In this document: positions 13,686 to 27,319 of the stretch, in pieces
Layout of the letters: each line of letters opens with the position of its first letter
Numbering within the stretch: the stretch's first letter is position 1
DNA from: Eledone cirrhosa
Taxonomy: Eukaryota
Direction of reading: 5' to 3'
Assembly: GCA_964016885.1 (NCBI GenBank)
Contig: OZ024742.1
Coordinates: forward strand, 53,382,001-53,446,000
Length of the DNA stretch: 64,000 nucleotides
The notes under the pieces: generated by a model
What the model saw: the letters and a program-made list of their open reading frames with translations, nothing else
Databases searched by the model: none
What the model was told of the DNA's origin: nothing
Made by a program: the position numbers and the translations under genes

Positions 13686-13818
13686 ATTTATTAAAATAAC
13701 AGATTAAAGTTTAAGCAAAGAATCGCTGCTTTCACCCTTAACGGGATCTTCAGAAGATCCCGTTAAGGGTGAAAGCAGCGATTTTTTGCTTAAACTTTAA
13801 TCTGTTATTTTAATAAAT
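13686..13818. repeat. Near-perfect palindrome, 66-bp arms, 1-nt loop
   Basis: One mismatch; centred on gatcttc-a-gaagatc, which is the hammerhead core. Confidence 0.9.
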
Positions 13819-13820
13819 TA

Positions 13821-13858
<38 letters not shown>

Positions 13859-15098
13859 TTGTTTGAGGTATTAGATCGCTTTAATGGCAAAGGCACAAAA
13901 GCCAATGCAATTTTCTGATCAAGTTTTTTATAACCTGCTCAACGTAAGTTAAGTCACGTGGGTGAAGAATATACTACACAGCACATCATGTATAGAACAA
14001 ACAAAGCAAAATAAAAATTACAACAGTGAAATAAAGAAAGAGTTGGGATATTCACAAATCTACATCTCCTGGTCCAGAATATTATGGTTGACCAAAACAC
14101 TGATGTTGACCGAAATCATTTGCCAACCACAAGCATTTAAAGTTGATTTTTGGCAAAACAGGGTCGGTGGTACTTCTCAACAGGCATCCTATTAACAGCC
14201 ATTTTGGCAGTATCAGTAGAGGGTTGGACGCCATGCTTTCCAGCATAGTTACGTCCCTTTACGATCTGAGTTCAAATCCCGCCGAGGTTGACTTTGCCTT
14301 TCATCCTTACGAGGTCGATAAAATAAAGTACCAGTAATGCACTGGGTAATTGCTGGCCTTGTGTCTAAAGTAGAAACAATTATTGTCAAGTTCACACCGA
14401 GCCAGATATCTTTGACGGCTATCGCCCGATATCTGACAAAAAAAGGGCTGACGGGTGGTTTCTAAAAAATCAGTGTCAGCCCAGTCAATCACATATACAT
14501 AGGCGTTGGCATGGCTGGATAGTTAAGAGGTTTGCTTCGGAAACCCGTGGTTTCAATTTCAGTCCTGCTGCGTAGCATCTTGTGCAAGTGTATGTTTCCA
14601 TTGCGTCCAGTATCTTGCGGGGGGAATTTGGTAGGTAGAAACTACAGACGATCGCCATATATATATGTGTATGTGTGTGTGTGTCCATGGTTGTGTTTAA
14701 GTTTGTGTCTGTGTATTTGTGTATGTCTTGTAACTTAGCACTATGATATGAAAAAATCGATAAAATAATTACCAGACTTGAAAAAATAAGTAATGGGTTT
14801 GATATGATCGATGTAGATCCCATTAATGAGAACAGCAAAAGAACATACAGACACTCACACAAAAACATGTGTATGTACACACACACACACACACACATGA
14901 TTACTAAAAATAATAGCTTAGGAAATTACGCCGCACATCCATTCTGTTGTCTATTCTCAGAAACAACCTGAGAATAGATGATGTTGGGGTGGGTGGCAGA
15001 AGATAAAAAAGAAAAGGAAGGCAGATGAGAGCAAATATGAAAACAGAAAAGAGAGGGTATGTATGAGAGAAATCACATGTAGTTGTTAGTCAACCACG

Positions 15099-15130
<32 letters not shown>

Positions 15131-15326
15131 CACACACACACATGGTTGACTAACAACTACATGTGATTCCTCTCCTATATACCTAACCCAAGCAAGCGTG
15201 GTAAAATTGACGTTAAACGGTGATGATGATGATACCTTCTTTTTTTTGTTTTCCTTTTTGCTGACGTCTGTCTTCTTTTTTCTAGTTTTCTTTTTCTCTT
15301 CCCCCCAACGTCATTTCCTCTCAGAT

Positions 15327-15447
15327 TGTTTCTGAGGATAGACAGCGGAAGGGATGGGATTTTCGAGATTAATGTTCTGAATTTACATAACTACAATTGA
15401 TTAGATTGCACATTGGTAATTTCGCTCTCTGAAACGATCGTGAAACA
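15327..15447 (+). ncRNA. Hammerhead motif with non-cleavable GUG site
   Basis: tgttt-CTGAGGA-tagacagcg...cgctctct-GAAA-cgatcg-TG-aaaca. Confidence 0.55.
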
Positions 15448-15489
15448 TTAAGATTAAGTAACTATTTCACTTTCTCTTATTCTTGGAGT

Positions 15490-15995
15490 CTGACCTTATG
15501 AGAGGGGGATCCAGCCGGTACTTTCTTCCGGGGCTCAAGAGCTAAGAAGGCTCCTCAGCAACCATGTAACATTGAGAAAAATCTTTGCTTCGAGTCCCAG
15601 AGGGGTCTTGTACCGCCTTGCGAAATTTCTCTTGGAGGCCATGCTTGGAGTGGCCGATTTGTTGTCTCCCCTCGGCGACATCCTGCTGATTGCAATTGTG
15701 GCACCCAATAATAGGTTCATTCATGGTTCCCTGGACTCTTATTTCCGAGGCCCCTTAGGAAGACCGACGGTGTCATATACCCTATCGCTGCGAACAATGT
15801 CTTGCGAGGGGTCACTGCCAAGGTCATCCTCCTGGGTAACGCTTTCTCCATTTTGTGTACTGAGACCTCAAGGCGGTCAGCGCCTGGGATCTTGCACGCT
15901 CGGAGAGTTCTCCCTCATTCCCACCGTCCATTTCCATATCAGCGGGGTAGCGGTGTTTCAGTACACTTTAAGACAACTGTGACAACACAGTCGTA
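15490..15995 (-). mobile_element. Possible 3' remnant of a Tx1-like LINE
   Basis: GC-richer island; minus frame NLLLGATIAISR...LGLEAKIFLNVTWLL loosely resembles Tx1 ORF2 C-termini. Confidence 0.3.
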
Positions 15996-17009
15996 AAAAT
16001 ATTTTATAACCCAGCAGATATTTAAATTGTTTAAAAGAATGTTATTTTATACCGGGGGTCTACTTTTCTATGGCCAGCAGCAGACCAATTTTTGTGTCTA
16101 ATAATTTCCTAAACCTTGGTAATTAAGAAAATTTTTCTACATTTTCTAATTCACATTTCCTATTTATATATCATGTGCGTATTCATTTTGATTAAAATAT
16201 TCATTTTGATAAAAAAATAAATAGCATCTGTATTACAGATTAGTTTTACAACTGGTGGAAACCAGTCCCCTCCCCACCTCATTTCACTTTTGGCTCGCTG
16301 TGTCTCTTCTCCAAGACATAAATGGCCTTTTTGAATCCTTGAATTTTAAACCTCTGATTTACACTCCACTATTATCAGAATCCAAGGTATATAACTGTTT
16401 CTACTTTAGGCACAAGGTCAGCAATTACCCAGTGCATTACTAGTACTTTATTTTATCGACCCCGTAAGGATGAAAGGCAAAGTTAACCTCGGCAGGATTT
16501 GAACTCAGAATGGCAAGGACCGTAACTCTATGCGTCAAAGCATGGCGTCCGACTCTCTACCGATACTGCCAATCCACCGCCCTAGGTATATAACTCCAAG
16601 GTATATAACTCTAGAAGAACTAGCCTTTATGATAGACACGACAAAGAGTTATGTCCCTTGACACCGTTTATTTCATTAATGTTACTGTCATATATCAATT
16701 TCTATATACTATATACATAACTATAAATAGTATTATAATAATAATAATGAAATTATTGTGTACAGTGCTCAGGTGCACTACAACTTCTCTATGACTGCTT
16801 AATTTAGAAGTTTACTTTTAAATCTTATGGTTTGGATTCGGTCCTGCTACATGACACCTCGGGCAACTCTCTTCTGCTATAGCCTTTGGCCAACTAATGC
16901 CATGTGAGTGAAATTAGTAGATTAAAAATTCTCTAAATATGAGGTTTAGAGAGACCCTAGAGAAAGGCCTCATTAAAGAGGAAGAAGAGTTAGAAATATA
17001 TAATCTAAG

Positions 17010-18007
<998 letters not shown>

Positions 18008-18056
18008 GACGTAAAATAAGAAAATTATAAAAATTAGCTTACTTACTAAAATTTCA

Positions 18057-18135
18057 CTCCAACTAATTAGTTTCTGAAAAGGAATAAACATGGTTTCAGA
18101 AGAAACGCACGGAGAAGCCTTTCGTCATCAGGGAA
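18057..18135 (-). ncRNA. Type I hammerhead motif with extended stem II
   Basis: ttcc-CTGATGA-cgaaagg...ccttttca-GAAA-ctaattag-TT-ggag. Confidence 0.6.
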
Positions 18136-18525
18136 GTCTATTCTCAGCTAAGTTTCCAGGCAATGCGTGGACACAGGGAACTTATACAAAAATAATTCAG
18201 TGGATGGAAAAAAGCAAAGCGTGGACTAAGTTCCAAGACATTGAAAAAACCACTGCCTACTATGTCGGTGGCAAATTCAAAAGAATCAATCACGTGACAT
18301 CGAGGTTAATCAGTGAGGAGTGGTTTGTTAAGAAGACAGCAGCCGAACCATTACTATGAACTATAGTAGCAGTTTTGGTATGCATCTGTATATATATGTT
18401 AGTAGATATACTAATTCTTTATATATATATATATATATATATTTATATGCCGGATTCAATCGAAGGTAACCACAGTAAGTAAGGTACTCAATACAAGGCA
18501 GAGTATAAATATTTAATAGAGAAAA

Positions 18526-18576
18526 GGCTTCTACAGGACTAGAACTGTTTCATTCAGGAGAAATCATCAGGAAGCC
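18526..18576 (-). ncRNA. Type I hammerhead ribozyme motif
   Basis: ggcttc-CTGATGA-tttctcctgaat-GAAA-cag ttctagtc ctg-TA-gaagcc; an inverted copy at 18577-18623 has a damaged stem I. Confidence 0.8.
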
Positions 18577-18705
18577 GCTTCTGATGATTTCTCCTGAATG
18601 AAACAGTTCTAGGCCTGTAGAAGTCTTTTCTATATTGAATATATATATATATATTATAAAAGAGAGAGATGGTTTTAAGTGTACATCCTCTGTTTATTAT
18701 ATAAT

Positions 18706-18776
18706 CCTGTTATACATATTTCAATGATGTCAAAGTGATTGCATAGTAACCCTTTGATGTGTTCTCATCAGACAGG
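18706..18776 (-). ncRNA. Type I hammerhead ribozyme motif
   Basis: cctgt-CTGATGA-...tcaaag...ctttga...-GAAA-tatgta-TA-acagg; the + arm copy has its core mutated to CTAAAAA. Confidence 0.65.
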
Positions 18777-19099
18777 TGCAAAGTTATAGTGTTTTTGTCA
18801 TTGATATGCTACTGTGGTTGTGAGCGTGTTAATAGTAGCATACAACTTTGCACCTATCTAAAAAGAACACACTAACGGGTTTCTGTGCAATCACTTTGAT
18901 GTCTTTGAAATACATATACCAGGATTATATAATAAACAGAGGATGTACATTTAAAACCATCTCTCTTTATAATATTGACACTTTGGTTGATACCTTATTG
19001 ATAATACTTCAAGGAACACAAGTCTTAGTGAGCTTTATGTCTGTTATGACTAAAGTTGGTGTATTGTCTGATCAACCAACTTTCTTCACTTGAATAGTA

Positions 19100-19150
<51 letters not shown>

Positions 19151-19459
19151 ATATATATACATACTAATGTACTTGTGTTATAGGGTGTTTCTTAATTGGT
19201 AGTTGGGGCTGTCACTCCAATGATACAACCAATGTGTTATAAAGAAAAGCACACTATGTTATGTGTATTCTACCAATTTTGATGGAGGTATCACATGGGT
19301 AGTGTAGGATGAAATTAAATGCATTAATGATACAATACAAAGGCTAGATTTAATAACTTCTTTTATTATGCTGACTCAGTCTGGGAAGACACAGCCAAAC
19401 CTTACTACCAATGAGTGGATGTTAAATGATGATGATGGTGATATATATATACACATATA

Positions 19460-21730
19460 TCATCATCATCATCGTTTTTTATATGCGTTTTTCATGCTTT
19501 CATGAGTTGGATAGGTCCTTTTTAACACACCATCCCTCCACTCATTGTGTTCCTTCTTCATCTCTTCTGTGAGTCTCAGTGATTTGAGATCAGCTTTCAC
19601 CCCTTCTGCCTAGGTCAACCTTGGTCTACCTGTACTACAGCTTCTTTCTACTGGGATTTCCTGGCAATTTTTCACCCAGTGATCATCCATGTGCATCACA
19701 TGTCAGTATGAATGTAGTCTTCTATCTCAGTTCATGCAAGCTTTGCTTTTCTCTCACATTTACATTGCACATCCAATGAAGTATGGTATGCTTCATTTCT
19801 CTCCAGCCGACGGATGTCCTCTGTAGCCACTGCCCATGTTTCACTAACTTGCAGCATCACACTTTGCATACAGGCATCATACAGCCTTCCTTTTGTACGT
19901 AGGGAGAAACCGTTTGTTGTCAATAGTAGGAGTAGTTCTCTAAACTTCTTCCATCCTATCCTTATTCTCACTTTTATGCTCTTTGAGCACCTTCCTCCAC
20001 TGCTAATTAGGTAACCTAAATAGCACAAGCTATTAACCCCCATCTATGGATCCTTCATGTGATTGGAAAATATTTACATCACTGATGCTCTTTGTGTCAA
20101 TTACCCCTGTGCATCTTTTACATAAAAAGTTTTCCCTTCCTATTAGTCTGCCTGTTATCCCACTATATCTCTTGTGTACCCAAGATTTACATTGTGTACA
20201 TTTTATAAAGTTTAAGCCTATTCTTTTTCTACATACTGAGCAGGGCCACTTTCCTGTAGGAATCAGGGTCCTATCTTGTTTCCTACTTACTAGCACTTTA
20301 GTTGGAATTTATTCTCTAGTTCTTCTACAGATTCAGCTATAAGGACCAGATCATCTGCATAGAGAAGTTTCCATGGGCAGGCAATCTTAAACTCTTCTGT
20401 TATGTCCTGGAGAACTATAATGAACAGCAGTGGGCTAAGACCCGAACCCTGTACCTTGAATTCCTTACTAAACTCACTTCCTACTCTCACTTTACTGACA
20501 TGGTACTCTATCAAAGGCCTTTTTCTAAATCCACAGAAGCTAGATATAGGGGCTTATTCTTGGCTTAGAACTTCTCACTAAGAAGAGGACATCTTTAGTA
20601 CTTTTCTCAGCCATAAAACCAAACTGCAGCTCATCTAATTTGACTCTACCTAATTAGCTGTGCTAGAATGCTTTTCGTCACTTTCATAACTTGGTCCATT
20701 ATTTTCATTCCTCTGTATGAGCATCACCTTTACCTTTGTAGAAATATATGATTGTACTGCTGCACCAGTCATTGAGTATGACTCCGTCCTGTATTACCTG
20801 ATTAACTATGTGGGTTACTAGTTCAGCTTTTACATTTCCCAATGCTTTTAGCATCTCAGCAACTATCTCTGATGGTCTTGTGTTTTACCATTCTTCATCT
20901 GTTTGATTGCTTCTTTGACCCTACAACTGTCAATTTCAATAGCTGGTCCCTCTGTTGGGTAAGTTGGGAGTAGTCTCCCTTTCTCCCATTTATTCTCTAC
21001 ATTTATCAGCCTCACAGTAACATTTCCAAGCCTCTTTCTTTTGAGCTTTAGTGATGCTAAGTGCACCAGTGTCATTTCTAACTCACTTTTACCCAACAGC
21101 ATCCTGCTTCACACTGACACACTGCCTTGCACTTCATGCCTCTAATTCTCACATTGCAAGACATTGGCCAATTTCTTTGTTCAGCCTCTTTCTGAGCTGT
21201 GTATACCTGTTGTCTAGCTTCTCACTCAGCTACCTGATGTTGGTCTCTGCTACTCCCATTATTCCAGTTTTTCCATACCTGTCTCTTGGCTTTAATGGCT
21301 CTATCCTCTGTGCTGTTCCACCACCAGGTCACCCTCTGTCTGGCTGGCACTTTGCTCCAGCCATAAGTCTCATCATTAGTTTGCAATATGTTGTCACATA
21401 AGAATTTCCAATTGTCCTCTATGCCATATGAATCTATCTTGTGCCTTTTCGTCAAACGTATGCTGTATGGTCTTTCTAAATCTATAATTCACAGAAAGGC
21501 CCTTTAACTTCGAAATCTTCTGATTATATATTTTCCTGCGTATCTTGTTCCATCTTGTGTTTATTCTGATGTTACTAATAACCAACTTGTATTGGGCAGT
21601 ACATTCTTCCTCAGGGAAGGCTTTAGTACTTAGTCTTACAAGTAAGAAATCAATTTGACTTGTATTTTCACCTGATTGGTATGTAATCAGATGGCTGGCC
21701 AGTTTCCTGAAATGTTTGTTTGTTATCCGC
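19460..21730 (-). mobile_element. Old degenerate RTE-type LINE related to copies A/B
   Basis: Fragments VTWWWNS, SGLSPLLFIIVL, LLYADDLVL, WPCSVCRK..WVHKR, GWKKFRELL; (cat)n tail at 19460. Confidence 0.8.
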
Positions 21731-22408
21731 TAGGCTCAACATTTTGAGATCAGTTCTAATCACTTCTTCCCAAGCTTTTCCCAGTCTTCTTCTACTGTAG
21801 TCACCTTCCACTAGAACTTGTTAACCCAGCAGTCATCCATTTGCATCACACGTCCATACCAGTGTAATCTTCTCTCCTACACACCACATCAGATTCCTTA
21901 TTTCTCTCTCTATAGATACACACACATACACATACATATATTGCATGATTTAGTAGATTTATGGTTTAATGAGGAAGGTACCAATATCAGCACTGTATAC
22001 TATAGCAGAATATATGTTAATAGCAAAATGAGGTTTCCCATGGAGCTTTTTGTTAATTAGACTCCATGAGATGAGATTTGGGTTTTGTCTGATGAGCAGA
22101 TTGGGGCTGAAGTCAGGTCTATAACATTAATATGGGTCCTGAGCCATCCATTTGTGAAATGCTTGTAACAGCCTAATCAATAAAAACCTCAGTCATAAAC
22201 CTCTTTTTGTTCTTAATATATATACATATACACTGTAAATCTGGTTGGCATTAGGAAAGGCATCCAGCTGTTGAAACCTATCCAGAAACAGTTCTATATG
22301 AGCAAGACACGGTCACCTGACTCAACTTGCCTCTAATATGGGACAACCTGTCTAACACATGCTAGCGTGGAAAATAGACGTTAAACGATGATGATGATGA
22401 TATATATG

Positions 22409-22454
<46 letters not shown>

Positions 22455-23135
22455 GTGTGTGTGTGTGTGTAAATATATATATATATATAAATATATTACT
22501 ATCACTGTTATATTATTACAGACTAGCCCTTTGAAGTGATTTGTTCCTCATTCAGTTAGTTTAGAGTAAACTATCATGAATTTACCACTGACACTCACCC
22601 ACTCACCATCCTGTGAACACTGTTAATTACACCACCACTCATGACCACAAGTCTATTACCTGACAACTGACATTATTGCTTGACCATTATAACTGCTAAC
22701 CCATGTAACTACCCTAATTTGACCATCAACAACTAACCATTGTCATATAAGGAGTTTATATAGTCAATTGCCTTGCTAAAAATAACAGGAAAATCTCTTT
22801 CAACCTGAAAATCACACATTGGATAGTATAATTGGAGACATGCAATGTATGAAAGAAAGTTGAGTTTGTCATATTTAGAATACCTTTAATCATATACCCT
22901 TTTAATCTAACTGACCTGGGGCTAAACAACAACAATCATTTGATTTTCATCATCTAATAACTGTTCTTAGTCAATTTTTTTCATTTCACCTCATTTATTT
23001 TATGTTATTTCACTCATCTTATTTCAACCATTTGTTGATAATTCATCAAGTAACTAGGGTCATAATAAATTACATATGTCTTCCTTTAGGGTCATAATAA
23101 ATTACATATGTCTTCCTTTCTTCTCTATATTCCAG

Positions 23136-23396
23136 CCTCGGTCTACTGTCTTTAGCTGCATTAGTTCTCATTGGTCTGTCACTACAGTTGCTGTTTGTGC
23201 TGTACCAAGAACAAAATGCAGTGCAGCTGGGCCATGTCTACCTGTTCAACAGTACCAGTAATTACAACGACCTCCTGGAAGTGACGACAGCCCTCACCAC
23301 CCTAGTCATCATGCTCAATGCTTGCTGTCTTATGGTGTGTGCCATGCAGTGTTTCTTCGCTTCCAAGATACTTAACGTCAATCAGGGAGATCAAAG
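23136..23396 (+). CDS. TMEM221: TMEM221/Jiraiya-like membrane protein, internal exon (TM1-TM2)
   Basis: Polypyrimidine tract plus ttccag acceptor. Reads LGLLSLAALVLIGLSLQLLFVL...LTTLVIMLNACCLMVCAMQCFFASKILNVNQGDQ, resembling the TMEM221 N-terminal TM segments (QLLF motif). Ends at an AG|GCAAGT donor. Confidence 0.8.
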
Positions 23397-23444
23397 GCAA
23401 GTTGGCATATTTTTTGAGATTTTGCTCTTGTGTGTGTTGTTCAT

Positions 23445-23499
23445 TGTGATCATCACCGTCATCATCTTTATCATCATTGTCATCATCATCATTGTCATC

Positions 23500-23531
<32 letters not shown>

Positions 23532-23670
23532 TGTTATAATCATCATCTTCATCATCATCATCATCATCATCATCATTGTCATTATCATCATCGTCATCAT
23601 CATCATTGTCATCATCACCATCATCATCATTGTTATAATCATCATCTTTGTTGTTGTCATCATCATCATC
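23445..23670. repeat. (CAT)n degenerate microsatellite (expanded LINE tail)
   Basis: Direct reading; abuts the LINE 3' end at ~23670. Confidence 0.9.
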
Positions 23671-24160
23671 CCTTTTACATCCATTTTTTCATGCTTGCAT
23701 GGGTTAGATGGATATTTTCCATGCCAGTTCCTCTCCATCTGTTGTGTTGCTTCATCATCTCCTCTGTGAAGTTCAGCATTTTGAAATCAACTTGCATCAC
23801 AATCTACCTAGGTTTCTTTAGTTTTCCTCTACTGCAGTTTCCTTCTACTTGGAACTCCTGCCACTTCTTCACCCAACAATTATCATCAATATGCATCTCA
23901 CGTTCATACCAATGCAGTCTTCTCCCTTTCACACTGCATCTGATTCCCTTTATACTCCGTTTTTCTCTCAACTGATCCACACATTCACACACATTAACAT
24001 TACACATTCATTGTAGCATGCTTGCTTCATTTCTCTCCAGCCTTTGCATATACTCTGCATTCAGTACCCATGTTCCTCTTCCATGCAACATTGCACTGCA
24101 CATGCATCGTATACTTGCCCTTTCGTTCATAGAGAGACATCTTTTATTGTCAATAGAGGT
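23650..24160 (-). mobile_element. 3' fragment of RTE-type LINE with expanded (CAT)n tail
   Basis: ORF 23804-24007 (EKRSIKGIRCSVKGRRLHWY...) and terminal ttttcatgcttgcatgggtt motif shared with other copies. Confidence 0.65.
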
Positions 24161-24357
24161 AGTGTCCCCTGAACCTTTTCCATCTTGCTTTTATTTTTGC
24201 CACTCTACCTTTGCATATCTCCTGCATTCATTGCCCATGTTTCATTTCCATGTAACATCACATTTCATACATATACATCATATCGTTGCTCTTTTGTTTC
24301 TTGTTATTGATATCATTGTAATGTTGATGTGGTTGTATTTATTTGTGTAATTATTTA

Positions 24358-24743
24358 CTGTATATAATTGAATATAAGTTGACCCCATTATTTTATGTCT
24401 GAGAGCGATTGGCAGTATCGGTAGCAGATCGGATGCCATGCTTTGATGCATAGAGTTACTGCCCTTGCCATTCTTAGTTCAAATCCCGCCGAGTTTAACT
24501 TTGCCTTTTATCCTTACGGGATCAATAAAATAAAGTACCAGTAATGCACTGGGTAATTGCTGGCCTTGTGCCAAAAGTAGAAACAATTATTTTATGTCTG
24601 AGAAATAGGTGAAAACCCCAATCGTGTTTATAAATTGAGTCAGTTAAACAACATATTGTTTGGATGGCATATATAAGAAAACCTTCCCCTTTACCATCGT
24701 TTTTTTGTCACATATTCCTCAGTTTATATTTCAGTATATACTG
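24358..24743. mobile_element. Tc1/pogo-like MITE interrupted by a SINE
   Basis: Imperfect ~25-bp TIRs (ctgtatataattgaatataagttga / tcagtttatatttcagtatatactg) with TA flanks; related copy at 25326-25868. Confidence 0.5.
24405..24585 (+). mobile_element. tRNA-derived SINE with 18-bp TSD
   Basis: A-box tggcagtatcgg, B-box gttcaaatcc, central gcctttyatccttacgggrtcrataaaataaagtacca domain (MetaSINE-like, from memory). TSD attattttatgtctgaga at 24387-24404 and 24586-24603. Confidence 0.85.
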
Positions 24744-25325
24744 TATATTAAAGTATTGTTGTTGTTGATTTAAAAACATTGCTACCATGGCCATCCTGTA
24801 TTTTTTATGGGTGTCTAGGACAAAATTATATAATGTGTATCATCCTCTTTTTGAAGAGAAAAGATTTTAGGGATTTTCAGTTGCTATTTCTATCTGACTA
24901 ATTGACCATGAAAATGTAACCCTGTTGGCTTCTGTCCCTGTCATTTATGTAGTTGTTGTTGTTGCATTGATTATGTAGTTTTGATTTTTGTTGTTGATAT
25001 TGTAGCATTGTTGTTGTAGTAGCAATGTTATTGTAGTAGTTATGTAGTTGTTGTTGTATTATTGATGTAGTCATTACCCAAACCAATTCTAATCAAAAAC
25101 CGTTCCGTCTATGGCTATCCCATCATTAAAGAGTATAACTGTTTATGTTGTTGGTATTGTTATTGTTGTTTAGCACCCATGTTTTCCTGTTGTAACTGTT
25201 GTTTATTAACTATGTGTTGTAACTGTTAATGTTGTTGCTATTGTTGTTTGTGTTTTCCTGTTTTTGTAGCTATTGATGTACCAGTAATATGCTGGAATTT
25301 AATCAGTTTACACTCCAATAAATTA

Positions 25326-25868
25326 CCATATATACTTTCATATAAGCTCACCACCTATTTTAAGTCTGAGAAATTGGCAAAAATCCAAACTCCATTTATA
25401 AGCCGAGGAAGGTAATCAACACATTATGTCTAGATGGTGTGGTTTTGAAATTCTCATGAGTGGAGAATATATTTATGAAGTTTAACATTTTGATATTTAT
25501 AATGTTTTAAGTGTTTAGTGTATAGTTTTTGTTTCACAACTCCATTACATCATGATTTTTTTTACCAATTGCTGACTTTTTTGAAAGCCATATTCATTAA
25601 AAACGCCAAAAACAATAAGAAATATAAATTTCACATCGAAAGTAAAACCGGTGTAAAATACAGCTTCAAAATGAAACCTGTATAATATTCACCACCAAAG
25701 CAAAAATATTTTAGCATCTCATTTATGTAGAATCTTGAAGTTGGTGAAAATCGGCAAAATATTGACCTCAAATATAATCTGACCCCCCCCCCCCCCCCCC
25801 CCCCGCTCCACCATTTTACCATAAATTTTTTGTCACATATTTCTCAGTTTATATACAAGTATATATGG
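25326..25868. mobile_element. Tc1/pogo-like MITE
   Basis: ta-ccatatatactttcatataagc ... gtttatatacaagtatatatgg-ta; internal similarity to 24358-24743 (tctgagaaat, ttttgtcacatatt). Confidence 0.5.
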
Positions 25869-25927
25869 TACTCTTTGTCATTGGCATTTTAGTATTGATT
25901 TTGTTATTTGTTTTCTTTTTTTTCCAG

Positions 25928-26013
25928 AGCTTTTAAATACCTGAAAGAATGTTCTAGTAGTCGTTTTATTGCTGTGACAGGCTTCTTTGTGTCAATCCCA
26001 ACGTTTCTTGTCG
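25928..26013 (+). CDS. TMEM221: TMEM221/Jiraiya-like, internal exon (TM3)
   Basis: tttttttccag acceptor and G|GTAAGT donor. Reads (R)AFKYLKECSSSRFIAVTGFFVSIPTFLV. Phases fit both neighbouring exons. Confidence 0.8.
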
Positions 26014-26906
26014 GTAAGTATCATCATCATTATCATCATCATCATCACATACAAAACATCTTTCCTGGTCTTATCTACTTGTATAGTATATACACAAACA
26101 CACACACACACACAAGTAGATATAAGAAGCCACAGAGACTATAACAACCCATCCAACACTTAACAGCAAACAAAACCATGTAAGAAATATAGATCAGGAG
26201 CTGCAGCAGATTTATGCCTGGCAAAGTCTGGCAAGGGTTGGTTAAGAGTTTTGAGGTGGAATTCTATAGCTGGATCCTCATACTGATGTCAAATATATAT
26301 ATTATATATAGGGATATGTAAAATCCTGACCGTGGCACCAAGCAGTTTTGGCTTGTGTGTTCAGTAAGCCTTTTCAAGAGTGTCATTTCACTGGTCTTGG
26401 TAATGCTTTGGTTGAATATATATACATATACATACACACACACATACACATAGCATAAGACAAAATATTAATTCTATATCCACACATAAACTGACTGTTC
26501 AAACCAGCCATAACTGGCGACTCATAGTGACGTTAGGGTATTTTTCTCAAAATAAATAATATCAAAATCTTATAGATTCAATATTATGCGAGATAATCAT
26601 GTGAGGTAAAGCCTTTACTGTGAAAATACAACAGTAAATATAGAGTAATGTAAATGCTTAAGGGTTCATACCCATACACAGACATTAAAAATGCCATCTG
26701 GCCATTAGTATGAATGGTAAGAACATTTTTCATTTTTAACCAAGTGAATTCAATTGAATTCTTAACCTGTTGAACCTCACCTCCACCCTCACCACTACAC
26801 CTTCATAAAGAACATATATATAAGAAGGAAGTTTGATAGAAAACTCATGTATATTTGAACTGCTCACAGAATACATGCAAACACATTTTTTGAATATTTA
26901 ATATCC

Positions 26907-26949
26907 AATATTTGATAAGATTGTTATACTAATCGAAACTGGTGATATT
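26907..26949 (+). ncRNA. Decayed hammerhead motif
   Basis: aatat-TTGATAA-gatt gttatact aatc-GAAA-ctgg-TG-atatt. Confidence 0.4.
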
Positions 26950-27099
26950 TAATACAACAACTATAAAATTATTCATTGTGTAGGACTAAAGAAAATATTA
27001 TTTTTAAATATACTTCTGTGCATATTCATCTTCACTTTTTAACTATAACCTTTGTTTTGTATAGAACTTTACCCCACTTTTCAACTATATTTATATATA

Positions 27100-27310
27100 T
27101 GAAATGAAGGAAGTGTGGTAAGGAACCAGATGGACCATTACGCACCAGAGTACTCAATACTTAAGGTAGTAGAGTGGGTAATAGGAAAATGTTCAAGACC
27201 CTGACGGCAGAGCTCAAGCCGTTTCGACGGCTATTTCTGGACTACTAGTCCAGAAATAGCCGTTGAATAGGCTTGAGCTCTGCCGTCGGAGTCTTGAACA
27301 TTTTCCTATA
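27100..27310. mobile_element. Fold-back element family with hammerhead 3' half (also 48772-48968, 52600-52783; fragments at 35888 and 57590)
   Basis: Arms ~63 bp; GAAAcggc ttgagctct gccgTC (GUC site); tail with gagtactcaatac. Confidence 0.7.
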
Positions 27311-27319
27311 TATATATCC

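Larger units (their letters stand above)
18445..18975. mobile_element. Two adjacent fold-back PLE-type elements (18445-18640 and 18653-18975)
   Basis: Each has inverted arms carrying hammerhead motifs; (TA)n boundaries. Confidence 0.75.

Noticed and set aside
23397-23975. Poly-Ile/His/Met ORF extensions
   Set aside because: Read-through into the intronic (CAT)n LINE tail beyond the GC donor.
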